Shown here piece after piece: positions 1-12,978 of a DNA stretch of 64,000 nt. Made by a program: the position numbers and the translations under genes. This stretch comes from Marsupella aquatica (taxonomy: Eukaryota > Plantae > Marchantiophyta): assembly GCA_973895155.1 (NCBI GenBank), contig OZ316898.1:18673292-18737291 (forward strand). Reading direction: 5' to 3'. The first letter of the stretch is position 1. Every line of letters begins with the position of its first letter. The notes below the pieces were generated by a model. The model worked only from the letters and a program-made list of their open reading frames with translations, ran no database searches and was not told where the DNA came from.

Positions 1-1
1 G

Positions 2-2230
2 TTTGGAGTACTGGTCGTTTGAGTTTATCGTTCTACTGTCGGGGTGGCTGCCAAACCCTCAATTGGAGATGGCAGTTCTCTCTATCAGGTATAATGTCCA
101 TTCTCCCTCTTCCACGAGGATTCCAAATTTATGCACACAGTTTTGAGTTTTTTTTCTAGTTATTTATAGTCCTCACAATACTTTACTGTTTAAGTATGTT
201 ATCGTGATATGATATTAGGTCTTGGTGTTGAAGAGGGCACTTTATATCCCGCAACCAATCTGGCTCGAACCTCTTGTTCATCCTTCACTGAAAGATCGGA
301 TTGGACAACACAGTGAGGACCATTTTACGAAAATTTAGAAACGTTGAGGGACAAATTTAAGATGAAGCGTTTGTGCAAAATCTCATTTTCATATGAGTTT
401 CATGTGTGGCTGACTGCAGTCTGAATTCAATAGCACTCATGAACATGATTCCTGCGGGAATCGGTGCATCCACAAGGTGAGTTCCTTCGTATCAAACGAC
501 CCACCTAGACAACACCATCTTCGTGGAAAATTGATGAAAGAAAGGATAGGAGCAGCTCGTTTGTGTGGTCTCTTGAGTCGAATGGTCCAAAGAACAATGC
601 ATTCCCTTCAATGATTCGAAACTCTGGGGTCATTTTATGCTGATTCATTTCTCGACTCCCGTCAGCACTAAAGCTCTTAAATATTGAGTGGTGATTGTGT
701 AGCACGAGAGTGTCCAACGAGTTGGGTGCTGGAAAAGCTTCAGCAGGAGAGAAGGCAGCATTGGTTGGATTCTCATTAGGTGTCGGAGAAGGCATAATCA
801 TGTCGAGCATCGCCTTTGCAGCGCGACATGTATGGGGATACGCATTCACCAGCGAACCCGAAGTGGTTGACTACGTTGCGGAGATTATGCCCTTTCTTTC
901 TGTGCTAACAATTCTGGACGCTTCTACAGCAGTTTTGAGTGGTAACACCTCTTTATTCAATTCTAGCCATTAATAACTAGTCACCTTCAAAATTTGTAGT
1001 GGAAAGATCGGACTAGGTGTCGATATTCCTCTTGCCGAATTTATCAACGCGGAAGTGTTGGTTTAATTCCTCTCGATGTAGACTTGTTGTCTTTTCTTAC
1101 ATTTCCTTTACACTGCGAAAGCTGTGCACCCAATTGTACAAATCTACCTTGCTCTCTTGGAGTTTTGCTTGCATGTTGGACATTCTGTTTTACAGAGATT
1201 GTATTCTTTTACAGGTGTGACAAGAGGATGTGGAAATCAAGCGTTGGGAGCTTACACTAATCTGGGTGCATTTTACGTTGTCGGTCTACCATTGGCCATG
1301 ATCTCGGCATTCTATTATAAGCTGAATGGCAAAGTACTCTTCGAAACGACAGTGAATGTGATAGTAGAGTACAAGTCGTTTGGAGAGTTTTTTGACCTTT
1401 GCACTCTCTGCGACAATCCTTTGTACAATTTTCTCATTCTGACAGGCACAAAAAAAAGCCAAGCCACTTTGGATACTAAGGAGAATGACTATGCTTTTGT
1501 GACTGTGAATTGGATTTGGGGGTCAGACATCCTCATTTTCTGAGAACGAAAATCTCTTTGATGTCAAGTTTGCTGTGTTGGTTTCACACACTTCATTTCA
1601 ACTGAGTCCTAACCTTTTGGAACTTTCTTGAACAGGGTCTTTGGATCGGTATGATTTCTGCTCTTGCTTGTCAGACAGTATCCCTGGGAGGCATCGCTAT
1701 GTTCTCCAATTGGGAGAAACAGGTATATCACCTTGTTCCAAAACCCGGGAGCTGTTTTTGCATGCAATGTCTTTGCTGATGGAAGTGTCCGGCCCCAGCT
1801 GTATTCGAGCATTGTTGAGTACCAATTTCTTCAATTCCCTCGCTGAATAAACAATTTTAGCATGTCTAAATATAGAACAGCTTTCAGACCTTAGCATGAA
1901 CTTCTACTTGGGACTCTCACCTAGACAGTGAGCTCATTGAAGGACATGTGATACAATTTACAGGCTAAGGACGCGCTTAGTCGTATCTATACTGATCGTA
2001 TGCCAACAGATCAGACAGCCGTTCGCAAGGTGAGTTCTCTTCATGTCGTTGGTGTCGATTAGATTGTTTGCAAAGTGTCACTTGGTGAGCAGCTTAGAGA
2101 TCTCAAATTCTGTCAATCATGTACATTATGCAAACATTTTGAAAAATGTGTTCCTTACTTTACTTGCATACTTACCCATTTTCATGTACATTAGCAGAAG
2201 CGTTCTGACAAAGCAAAGGAGACTCTCTAA
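2..2230 (+). CDS. MATE/DTX efflux transporter copy 1, 5'-partial (exons 2-88, 420-476, 703-941, 1215-1333, 1636-1722, 1964-2029, 2198-2230)
   Basis: Exons encode LEYWSFEFIVLLSGWLPNP, STRVSNELGAG, GVTRGCGNQALGAYTNLGAFYVVGLP and GLWIGMI. Splice sites are GT-AG, exon sizes (87/57/239/119/87/66/33) match copy 2, and the frame stays open to TAA at 2228-2230. Confidence 0.93.
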
Positions 2231-5200
2231 GCGATGAGCAACATGAATCAACGGACACCACAAAGAGTCGGGTTTGAAAGGTAAAGGTTTTGGGTATCTC
2301 ATGGTATAGAATAGTATAGAATTTAGTTAGCGTAGTCTATGTGACCGAGTGTGTGCGCTGAAGTGAATACAAAGCCCACTGTGTGAAGCATCGAGAAGAA
2401 AACATTGGTGAAGATCTTGGATGCAATGAGATCAGAAATTAAAAAATAAATTTCAACGACGATTGGAGGGATAACTATAGAAGCTCGTATACTTTCATTC
2501 AGTACTTTAAACGTCCCCTATACTGCTTACGAACAGCTCGAACCCGCTGGCTCTATTCTGCTGAGCTACGACTAAACTTGACAAGCCATGGACGCCTTCC
2601 TCGATTCTGTTGAAGCCTTGTTCTTGAACCAGCACTATCAGTCCTATTGGGACGTGCTGGAAAGTGCAGACGTTCCTAAATATTACTTGTCGAAGAACAA
2701 AGGTTGAAATTGTTCCTTCAGCATTGGTCTTCTAGCTGAAAATTAGGCTTTCTGGTGACCATCGTTGAATGTGGAATTATGGGCTCACCAAAATTGAGCA
2801 TTTTTGTGAATAAACGGAGTTTTAGATCATGTGTGACTTGGTAATCAAGGAACGGATTGACGTTTCTGTCATGATTAGTTGCAGGAATGCCAAATATGGC
2901 AACATTAGACAACGGAATAGCACACTGGGACTATAAACTGATGCCAGTACTTATCTGCGTGCTGTCACTTTCCATTTTTCCGACATTTTTATATTTAGAT
3001 ACCGGAAACACAAAGTATGAGCTCTGCAAGAGACATACGTCATCGTGTTTTTTTCTATTGTAAAGAGAAGAGCTCTTTCGTTCCCAGTTTCGTAAATTAA
3101 ATAGCCGTCTGTTTAAATTCTACAGTTTGTTATTCTGAGTTATTCAACTTAGAATGACCTGGAACTCGCAAAAAGTCTTATGGCTAATTGATTGTCAATT
3201 TGTGTTATGCTGATGTTGTAATTGAGCCGCAAGAGTATCATACGTGGAGTTGTGAAAGGTAGCCAAAAACCATATAGACGGATACTTCACCATCAGAATT
3301 CCCTGCTTAAATTTTGAAGTGCTTTGCAGCCGCAGAAATTTTTGAACTTGAAATCAAGTGACCAGTATCTGGAACTTCCAAATCTGTGCTAAGCCTGACA
3401 TGAGAGCGGACTTGTGTGGATTTCTTATGCCTTACTTCTTATCGCGATGTAGAATGAAGCGGATCTCTTGCGAGATTCATTCCACTTATCCCAGCCTTCT
3501 GGATGGCCCGTTTTGCATTCATTCCTTCTTCGGTCTCCCAAGACGTCGCGTTTGAGCGACGCTGTGCGAATCGCATAAGGAGACCAGCTGCGACCCAAGA
3601 ACCCAGGAACATGTACATTCCAGCACTCTCATACCTCGCTATGGTGTCCAACTTCAACTTTTGTGGCTCAACCATTGAAATTTCGATAGAGGACCAATTT
3701 TTTGCAAGCTGTTGGTCTGCCATCCGAGATCTATTGCGGTTAGACACCCGGCAAGTAGTTTACTTGAGTAGGAAGGAGGAATTTTTAAGTTGGGATCCAT
3801 CAGAGAGATGTTTGACAGGGAGGTTTCGGGACAAACTTACGGTACATGTTCGTGAAGACCAGTGCAAGATTTGGAACTCACGAACCAGAGACTTACAAGA
3901 TAATAAAGGTCAGAACCGCCTCAGTGCGAACTCAATTCTCACTGACTGTAATTACATGTATTCGCAGATTCCCTTCCCTTCTAGAACGGTGAGATGCATT
4001 GCACAGAAGCCAAGAAACCACACGATCATATCAGCAACCACTTAATCCACAGTGTGACAGAACAACACAAATCATTTGGCTATTGTAAATCCATGGGTGA
4101 GCGATCAGCCATCTAAGGTGCTCACAGTTACCACCAATTCAAATCGAACACGCGAAAGTGAGTGGATAAAATCCATGAACATGAATGCTGGTGCCTCCAC
4201 TTACTTCTCGGATGAATTGGGCATTGGGACCACGCTTCTTTCCGAAGCCAATAAGTGTAACAACACAATAGCAGCATAAGTCCACCAGACCCTAAAAGGT
4301 CCCCAACTTCACATCTAAGGGGGCACTATCGAAGCAGTGAAATACACACAGACAGGTGAAAAAATAACACAAAACTAAGGACAAAAAATTGGAAGATATC
4401 AAACCAAAAAACAATGACGAAGTCAATCTAAGTTAAAATCCAATAACCCCAACGCCACAATTTCAACAGATTTCGAGACATTTCTGACACAAGTGCCAGT
4501 GCCCAACCATCTTGAAGTAATTCATTGTATGATACGGGTCCAATGACATTCACCAGCCGTCATGGAACGTCTGTTGGATTGGATGCGGTTGTGAGACCTA
4601 CTGTTGGGACTCGTGAACCGTACCTAGTGTTGGACCATGCCAACTACCAGCATTAATAAGAAAAACACAAACACAAGTCAGAGTCCCCTGACAAGTGACA
4701 TGAACTCCGCAACGATAACATCGCCATTATACTCGGGCGAATCAATATTACTCGTCGTTGGCTTCATCTGTCTTGCTCGGATTGGGCTAACTATGGGTTT
4801 TGGAGGGTTGTTGTCCTGGACTCGGGAAAATCAGACTTAATTCGCGTTTATTTCGCACCTCTCGGCACGGTGTGTCCTTTCTGTGTGAACGAGTTGCGGG
4901 GGCCGGGGGAGGTTTTTGGGTTGAACAAATTGTGAGTGCTACCAGTCGTCTGCACGGGTGTCTGATGCTGTGGTACAAGCAATTGGCTCGCTTGTTGTCA
5001 GAAATGAAATTGTTCTGAACCTTGTTTTGATGATAGTGTAGTTTCCTCCGCTTCTGACGAAATTTGTAATTGGATTAATCAAGACAAACTTTAAATGACT
5101 GCACGATGAGTGAAGCAAGGAGTGAAGGATCATGGGCTGGTCATTGCACACACGAGCCACTGAAGATCGATCATCCCCCGGGCTTGGGAGTACAAAGAAA

Positions 5201-5580
5201 TATCGGTAGGACTGCAAGAAATCGACAAGATGAAACAGTTGTTAACAGATTCATTCATCCTATACTGTATCATCACTCAAGCGTTTCGCATCACCTCCGC
5301 TGCATCGTCAACAGTATTGATACTAGTGTATCTTCCCATCAGCCGATTTCTCGACCTGCGCTTTACTATTTTGGATCACTCTAATCAAGCGATGCATTAG
5401 ATTCTCCCTTGATCGATCGACTTCTCATTAACTTGTCTCTGAGCTAGATGGCTTCTTTCGGGACCACGCGTACCGTAGCCATGGCTATGATTGTCTCTCT
5501 GGTTTGAAGCTCGCATGCATCGTCCCCTGCAATCACGAAAGACAGCGAAAAACACGGAGAGACCAGTGTCAAGTTTAATA

Positions 5581-5880
5581 AAACATGTGCTGCATTTGAT
5601 TCCTTCCTACAGGCGACAGTAGAAATCCTAAAGCCCAATTCGATCATCACGATTAGAGGAAAGTGGGCATCAGGAAATAGAACATGTTCTGCAAAAGATC
5701 TTTCCTACACGCGCGGGACAGTAAAAATCTTAAAAGCCCAATTCGACGATCATGAATAGAGGAAAGTGGGCATCAGGAAATAGAACGTGTGCTGCAAAAA
5801 CTCTTTACTAGAAGGAAACAGTAAAAATCCTAAAGCCCAATTCGATCATCATGATTAGAAGGAACTGGGCCAGGAAAACA
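5581..5880. repeat. ~100-bp tandem repeat, about 3 copies, upstream of MATE copy 2
   Basis: The block ACAGTA(G/A)AAATCCTAAAGCCCAATTCGATCATCA..GATTAGAGGAAAGTGGGCATCAGGAAATAGAAC recurs near 5617, 5719 and 5818. Confidence 0.85.
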
Positions 5881-6431
5881 ATACGAAATCCATTGGATGA
5901 ACTGAGTCGGATCATCGACATAGCAAAATCAAGAAGCACAGCGAGAAACACCAAAACACCAAAACAGATCGAATCAGATTCTCTTCCTGTACCTTCTGTA
6001 CTGGCGCGAACTGAGGGAATCTTTCAAAAACTACGGTAGCGTAGTTTGATACGGTCTATGTGGTCCCGTACATAGAAAAGACGATTGATCATTGATGAGA
6101 ACCATGGAACTCTTGTAAATAATCAAAACGACTTTTGTCTTGTCCAAACGACAGGACCAAATAGGCAACAATAAATGAGTTTCCGGAGCATCCAAAAAGC
6201 AGTCCGGCTGGCACTCCCCAGTTGGGGCAGTACCTGATGCAATCAGGTTACATCTTGTCCAGTCTATTGGTGAAAATTCTCATCAGCCGCCTCTAAAATC
6301 GGTCTCAAATCTACTACACTTGTCCTCGGGCTCGTTCTCTCTTCCTTCGGTAGAATTTGGGAAGAAGTTTTGAGATTCCGTTGAGCTTACAATTTGGGTC
6401 TGTACGTGAGGAAGTGTGCGACTCAGCAATC

Positions 6432-9400
6432 ATGAAAGATAGCTCGACGGAGCCTTTGCTCCGTGGGTATGCGAGGGATGGAGGAGAGGTCTCGCGAATT
6501 TGGGAAAATGGAATGCAACACAGTGCCGCAGATGCAGAAGAGTCAGGATGGCTGTTGGCCGAGCTCAAGAAGCAGTTCTGCCTGGCAGGGCCGATGGTTT
6601 GTGTGGGATTGCTTCAGTATTCCCTTCACCTCATCTTAGTCATGTTCGTTGGGCATTTGGGAAAGCTCGAACTTGCCAGCGCTTCGATAGCCATCTCGTT
6701 CGCTGGAGTGACTGGATTCAGCGTCCTGGTAATCGATCCTTTCGTTTCTCTTGCTTCTTTGCAGAATCTCACATAATTCTGCTCTTGTTCTGGAAATCTA
6801 CTGCAATGTATTTGAGGTTATTAGTCAGCTGATAGATTTGAGTGTAAAATCTGTCATCAATCGGCTGAACTGTTTGTGGTGATGAAAATGCTTCAATTTC
6901 GGAGGAGTTGACTGTTAGAGGCGGGGTTTCTGCTCATTGCTGCTGATTGTACTGATGCACCCGATTGCGGATTAGATTCGGGAAGGGAGTTTCCACAATC
7001 TATTGCTGCTGATTTTTAAATTAGATTTGGGTTACGTATCAGGGTGAGTCGCATTTTTGGAAAGGAATTTGATGCAGTCCACTGCTGCTAATTGCTTGTG
7101 GCATATTAATTCGAGCTTAGCCCTGGACATTCAGAAGAGAATTCTTTCATTCAGTCGCTTCTATGAAATCTGAGATGATTCTTTTGTGCCATTTCCCAGA
7201 TTGGAATGTCCTGTGCATTGGAAACGCTCTGCGGGCAAGCGTATGGGGCGAAACAATATCACTTGCTGGGAATTCAAATGCAGCGGGCAATTCTGGTCCT
7301 GAACGTCACAAGCGTTCCGATCGCCTTCGTCTGGCTCAGTATGGGTCCTCTTCTTTTGGCACTGGGGCAGGACCCTGAGATTTCTGAGTACGCAGGCCAG
7401 TACGCCCGCTGGATGCTGCCGAGTCTCTTCGCCTATGCAACATTGCAACCCGTTGTGAAGTTCCTGCAGACTCAAAGTGCTGTGCTGCCGATGGCGTTGT
7501 GCTCCGCATTGACGTTGTGCCTTCATATCCCTTTCTGCTGGATGCTGATCTTCAAGCTGGGAGTGGGATACCGTGGTGCTGCCATTTCCATCGGAATGTC
7601 TCAGTGGCTCAATGTGATCTTCCTGGTGACATATGTCAAACTTAGCCCCACTTGTAAGGAGACTTGGACTGGGTTTTCCACCAAGGCCTTTCAGGACATG
7701 AACATCTTCTTCAAGCTAGCTGTTCCCTCTGCCATTATGTTGTGGTAAGTTCCAAGGACTCTGATTGTTCCCATCAACAATTTATGGGTTACTGTTAATT
7801 ATCCTTGCTGAATGGAAAATTGCAAAACTTACCCATTGGAATGAAAAGATATCTTGATGCAAATATTCAAAGTGTACAGTTACAAATATTCATTGTTCGT
7901 CGCGTGAACCCATTTTAGAGTAATCTATCCAGTGGCAAGTTTTCATTCAGCTTGAGATCTCTTTGGGGTTAGTCAACCCCGAGTAGTAATCTAGGTCATA
8001 CAATTCTTGAAACCCGTGTTCATCGAGTGATCCAGTGGTGTATATCATCCCTTGAAATTTTACTTTGAGGTTACTCAGTTCTAAATACCGATCCAGGGCA
8101 TAGTATTCCCCTTCAAGCCATATTGCATTCTTCTATCCAGTGGCACATCTCATCTCCAGCGCAATTGACTTTGGTGCCCAGAAGGTAATGCCATATATCT
8201 TGCTATGTTGATAGTTGATGATCGTTTTCTTGTCTCCTGGTTATGCATTCCTCCAATCGATAAAGTGATGATGGATGCGTGCATTGTTTAGACGGACTGA
8301 CTTCGTCTACTTCCCACTCTGTGATTTGCAAGTCTTTTGCGGTTTACACTTCAGATTGCGACCGGGGTAAATGCTTTGGTCTCGGCAGAGCATTCAGATA
8401 TTGTACTTTTGCAAAATATCTCCCACACAGTGAGCAATTTCGGATCTCACTCTTTTCGACAGCACACACATGGGCTTGTCATGATTCGTTCCTCAACCTA
8501 GTATTTAACTATTTGTCTTTGTCACGGGCAGCTTGGAGTACTGGTCGTTCGAGTTTATCGTTCTCCTGTCGGGGTGGCTGCCAAACCCTCAATTGGAGAT
8601 GGCAGTTCTCTCTATCAGGTATTGTATCCAGTCTTTCTCTTCCACGAGGACTCCACCTTTTATGCAGATAGTTTCGAATATTTTCTAGTTATTTATAATC
8701 CGCACAATTCTTAGCTGTTTTAGGATCTGACGTGATATGATATTTGTTCTCGGTGTTCAAGAATTGTTGAATTACTCTCAGCTGACCACTGTAGCAGGTT
8801 CTCCAAATGCTTTTGAAATTCCGATATTGAAGAATTAAGCTCGTTCGATGCCAAGTGGCTACTTTATATCCCGCAACCAATCTGGTCCTACCTTGTTACT
8901 TTATCTTTCTCTCAAAGATGGTTTTAACAACATTATTGTGAGGAAACATTTACAAAAAAATTGGAACGTTGGGGGACAAAACTAACATTTGTGTAAATTC
9001 TCGTTTTTATGTGTTTCATGTGTGGCTGAATGCAGTCTGAATTCGACAACACTCATGAACATGATTCCTTCTGGAATCGGTGCATCCACAAGGTGAGTTC
9101 CTTCGTATCAAGCGACTCACCTAGAAAACACTACCTTCGTGAAAAATTGATGAAAGAAACTGTGAAGAGGAGCAGTGGCTTGTGTGATCTCATGAGTCAC
9201 ATGATAGAATGGTCCAAAGAACAACGCATTTCCTTCAATGATTCGAAACTCTGGGGTCATCTTGTGCTGATTCATTTGTCGACTCCCTTAGCTCTAAACC
9301 TCTTAATAGTGAGTGGTGATTGTATAGCACGAGAGTGTCCAACGAGTTGGGTGCTGGAAATGCTTCAGCGGGACAGAAGGCAGCATTGGTGGGATTCTCA

Positions 9401-10881
9401 TTAGGTGTCGGAGAGGGCATAATCATGTCGAGCATCGCCTTTGCAGCGCGACATGTATGGGCATACGCATTCACCAGCGAACCCGAAGTGGTTGATTATG
9501 TTGCCGCGATTATGCCCTTTCTTTCTGTGCTAACGATCTTGGACTCTTCTACCGCAGTTTTGAGTGGTAACACCTCTTTAATCCATTCTAGCCATAGATA
9601 ATTAGTCACCTTCAAAATTTCTAGTGGAAAGGTTGTACTAGCTGTTGTCGATATTCTGCTTGCCGAAAGTTTCGGTAAATCTCGAAGGGGACGTGTTGCT
9701 ATTATCCCTCTCGATGTAGAGTTGTTGTCTTTGCTTAGATTTCCTTTCCAATGCGAGAGTTGTGCACCCAATTGTACAAATGCACCTTGCTCTCTTGGAT
9801 TTTTCCGTGCATGTTGGACAATCTGTTTTATAGAGATGGTATCCTTTTACAGGTGTAACAAGGGGATGTGGAAATCAAGCGTTGGGAGCTTACACTAACC
9901 TGGGTGCATTTTACGTTGTGGGTCTACCATTGGCCATGATCTTGGCGTTCTATTATAAGCTGAATGCCAAAGTACTCTTCGAAACGACAGTGAATGTGAT
10001 AGTAGAGTACAAGTCGTTTGAAGAGTTGTTTTTACCTTTCCATTGTCTGCGGCACAATTCGCTCATTCTCACAGGCAGGAAAGAAAGCCAAGCCACCTTG
10101 GATACTAAGAATGATTAGGCTGTTGCGACTCTGTGAATTGGCTCTGGGTGTCATGCATCTTCTGAGAATTTAGATCTCGTTTATGTCATGTTGGCTGTCC
10201 TTGTTCGTTGCTGTGTTGGTTTCACAGAGTTCATTCAATTGAGTCCTTACCTTTTGGAACTGTGCCTTGAACAGGGTCTTTGGATCGGTATGATTTCTGC
10301 TCTTGCTGTGCAGACAGTAGCCCTGGGTGCCATAGCTATATTCTCCAATTGGGAGAAACAGGTATTTGACCTTGTCCCAATCCCCGGGAGCTACTTTTGC
10401 ATGGAATGTCGTTGCTGATGGAAGTGTCCGGCCTCAGCTGTATTCGAGCATTGTTGAGTACTACTTTCTCCAATTCCCTCTACCTGCTATGGATAGCTGA
10501 AATAAAAAATTCAAGTATGGCTAAATAGAACTGCTTTCAGACCTGAGCATGATCTTCTACTTGGGACTCTCACCTAGACAGTGAGCTCATTGAATGACTG
10601 TAATGCAATTTACAGGCTCAGGATGCGCTTAGTCGTATCTTTACTGATCAGCTGCCAACAGATGAGACAGCAGTTCGCAATGTGAGTTCTCTTCATGTCA
10701 TTTGTGTGGATTAGATTGTTTGCAAAGTGTCACTCGGTGAGCAGGTTACAGATCTTAAATTCTGTCCATGATGTACATTATGCAAACATTTTGAGACTTT
10801 GTTCCTTATTTTGCTTGTGTACTTGCCCATTTTTATGTACACGAGCAGAAGCGGTTTGACAAAGCCAAGGAGACTCAGTAA
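6432..10881 (+). CDS. MATE/DTX efflux transporter copy 2, ~509 aa, 9 exons (6432-6728, 7200-7744, 8532-8618, 9036-9092, 9328-9566, 9853-9971, 10275-10361, 10616-10681, 10849-10881)
   Basis: Motifs include [71 protein letters not shown] and TRVSNELGAG. Splice sites are canonical and the exons sum to 1530 nt with the frame conserved. Confidence 0.95.
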
Positions 10882-11821
10882 GCCATAAGCAACAAGAACT
10901 AACGGAGACCACAAGGAGTTGGTTTTGAAAGGTAAAGGATTTGAGTATCTCATGGTCTCAGCATAGAACTTAGTTGAGCGTAGTCAGTGTGACCGGATGT
11001 GGTGCGCTGAAGTGAAGACAAAGCTGTGTGAACCACTGATTACAAACATTGGTGAAATTCTTGGATGCAATGAATTCCGAAATGAAAGATTACATTTCAA
11101 CGACGATTGGAGAATGAACTATAGAAGCTCCTATACTTTCATTCAGTACGTTATACCTTCCCTATACGGTCTTACCAACAGCTCGGACCCTCTGGCTCTA
11201 TTCTGCTGAACTACTATAAAAGCAACAAGTCACCAACGCCTCCTCGATATCTTTTGAAGCCTTGTTCCTGGAACAGCACTAACAGTGCTCCTACTGGCAC
11301 AACGTGGTGGAATGTACAGACGGTTGACGTCTACTAGTTACTGAAAAGCAAAGGTTGAAATTCTCCCTTTGGCATTGGTCGTCTAGCGGGCGAATTCTAG
11401 TAAATGGTTTTTAAGGCTTTCTGGTGACAACCATTGAATGTGGAACTATAGGCTCATCCAAATTTGGTTATTTTGTGAATAAACGGACTTTAGGATCATT
11501 TGTGACAGAGTGACTAAGAACGGATTGACTTTTGTCTCATGATTAACCGCGGGATGCCATATATGGCAACATTAGACCACGGAATAGCAGACTGGGACTA
11601 TAAAGTGATGCTTCTACTTATCTGCTTGTCGTCACTTTCTATTTTCCCTGGATTTTTGTGTGAAGATAGTTGAAAACTGAGCCTCTTAAGCGACATACAT
11701 CATTGTGTTTGTCTCCTGGAAAGAGAAGAGCTCTTTTGTTCCCTGTGTTTCTTCAATTAAATAGCCTTCTGCACTATCAATGCTTTTGTTACCAATGCTG
11801 ATAAAAAGCCTAACTGTCTGG

Positions 11822-12978
11822 GAGACACTATCCCAAAGACTGGAGACCCAATAACACGGAGAAAACCACGGAAAAGCCCAAGAAAAATGCTGGTGGTAGG
11901 AAATTTCGCATTGCCAAGTGAAATTACTGTACAGCCATAGCTTCAGGATCGAGTTTCTCGATCTTAAAAATTCAGCTACAGGCTACAGTTTCTCGATCTC
12001 AGAACCTACGTCTGCTCAGCGCATTTTTTAGTGGCCAAAATTCGCGAGATTCTTCCTCTCCAAAAGGGCTTTTGGTACTTTTCTTTTCTGTCGCTTACTG
12101 TACCTCTTGAGAAAACCGAGGTACGTTTTAGGAAAGTTCCGGTCTCTCCGGGCAGCCACGCCGTACTGTACTTTTGCATGAAATTGCGTGACACCTACTC
12201 TTCGTGACTGGTCAGTTGCCGGGTGTATCGACGAATAAGAAATCGCCACGTACTCATGTGGGTTTTGTGGACTTTTACATTGCTTAGACGTTACGCTTTG
12301 GACTTTATCTGAGGTGTAATTTTTATTCACTAACCTGATTACCCCTTCTTCTAGCCTAAATAGAAATGAAGTTAAAAAAACTCTTGGAAAATAAAGATGT
12401 TCTTGTTCATCTTTGCCTCCACCCCTTTTTTCTCACTTTCATTTCTATTTTGGCTTTATTGAGAGTCACTCTAAGTTTTGTCATAATAGAGCGTCTGTCA
12501 GTTTTGGTAGTGTGTGCTACAATTCGTTGTTTTGAGAGTTACATTGAGTTTTATTAGTAAGATTTCATCTGGACTTGTGATTTGGTTATTTATTCATTTT
12601 ATTTTGGATGGCCTTTTGGCTCGTTGGGTTTTCCCTTTGTTTTTTTCTATTTTACTAGCCTAGTTATCGTTCCTTGAACGTAAACAGGGAGGAGTAGGAA
12701 AACGAACCTTGGAGAAAAAGATTCCATGCTGTTTCATCCTTTTTTTTTATTTTTTCACTAAGAGCTCCCATCATTTGCACTTGCAGTTAGATACATCACT
12801 TAGAGTCAAGGTGTAGAGTCTTAAATGTAGATAATAAGTCCACATAATAGCTTTTGATTGAGCTTTATTAGTTAGATGGGGTCGCTTGCCTTGTTACTTT
12901 TTGGTTCTTTGGGTTTGGTGAGTTGTCTCTTGTTTTGTCCTCTTTATCGGGTCTCTAATGCCTTTCGGATAGTGTCTC
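11822..12978. mobile_element. Non-autonomous TIR element (MITE-like), ~1.15 kb
   Basis: There is an imperfect ~35-bp terminal inverted repeat: GAGACACTATCCCAAAGACTGGAGACCCAATAA on the left versus GAGACACTATCCGAAAGGCATTAGAGACCCGATAA (reverse complement) on the right. The interior is AT-rich and non-coding, and no TSD is recognisable. Confidence 0.55.

Noticed and set aside
3503-4045. 180-aa + strand ORF
   Set aside because: It has no recognisable domain or splice structure and is more likely the shadow of decayed minus-strand sequence.
11826-12974. CACTA (En/Spm) classification of the TIR element
   Set aside because: The bases flanking CACTA/TAGTG are AGA and TCT, a continuation of the inverted repeat rather than a 3-bp direct TSD.
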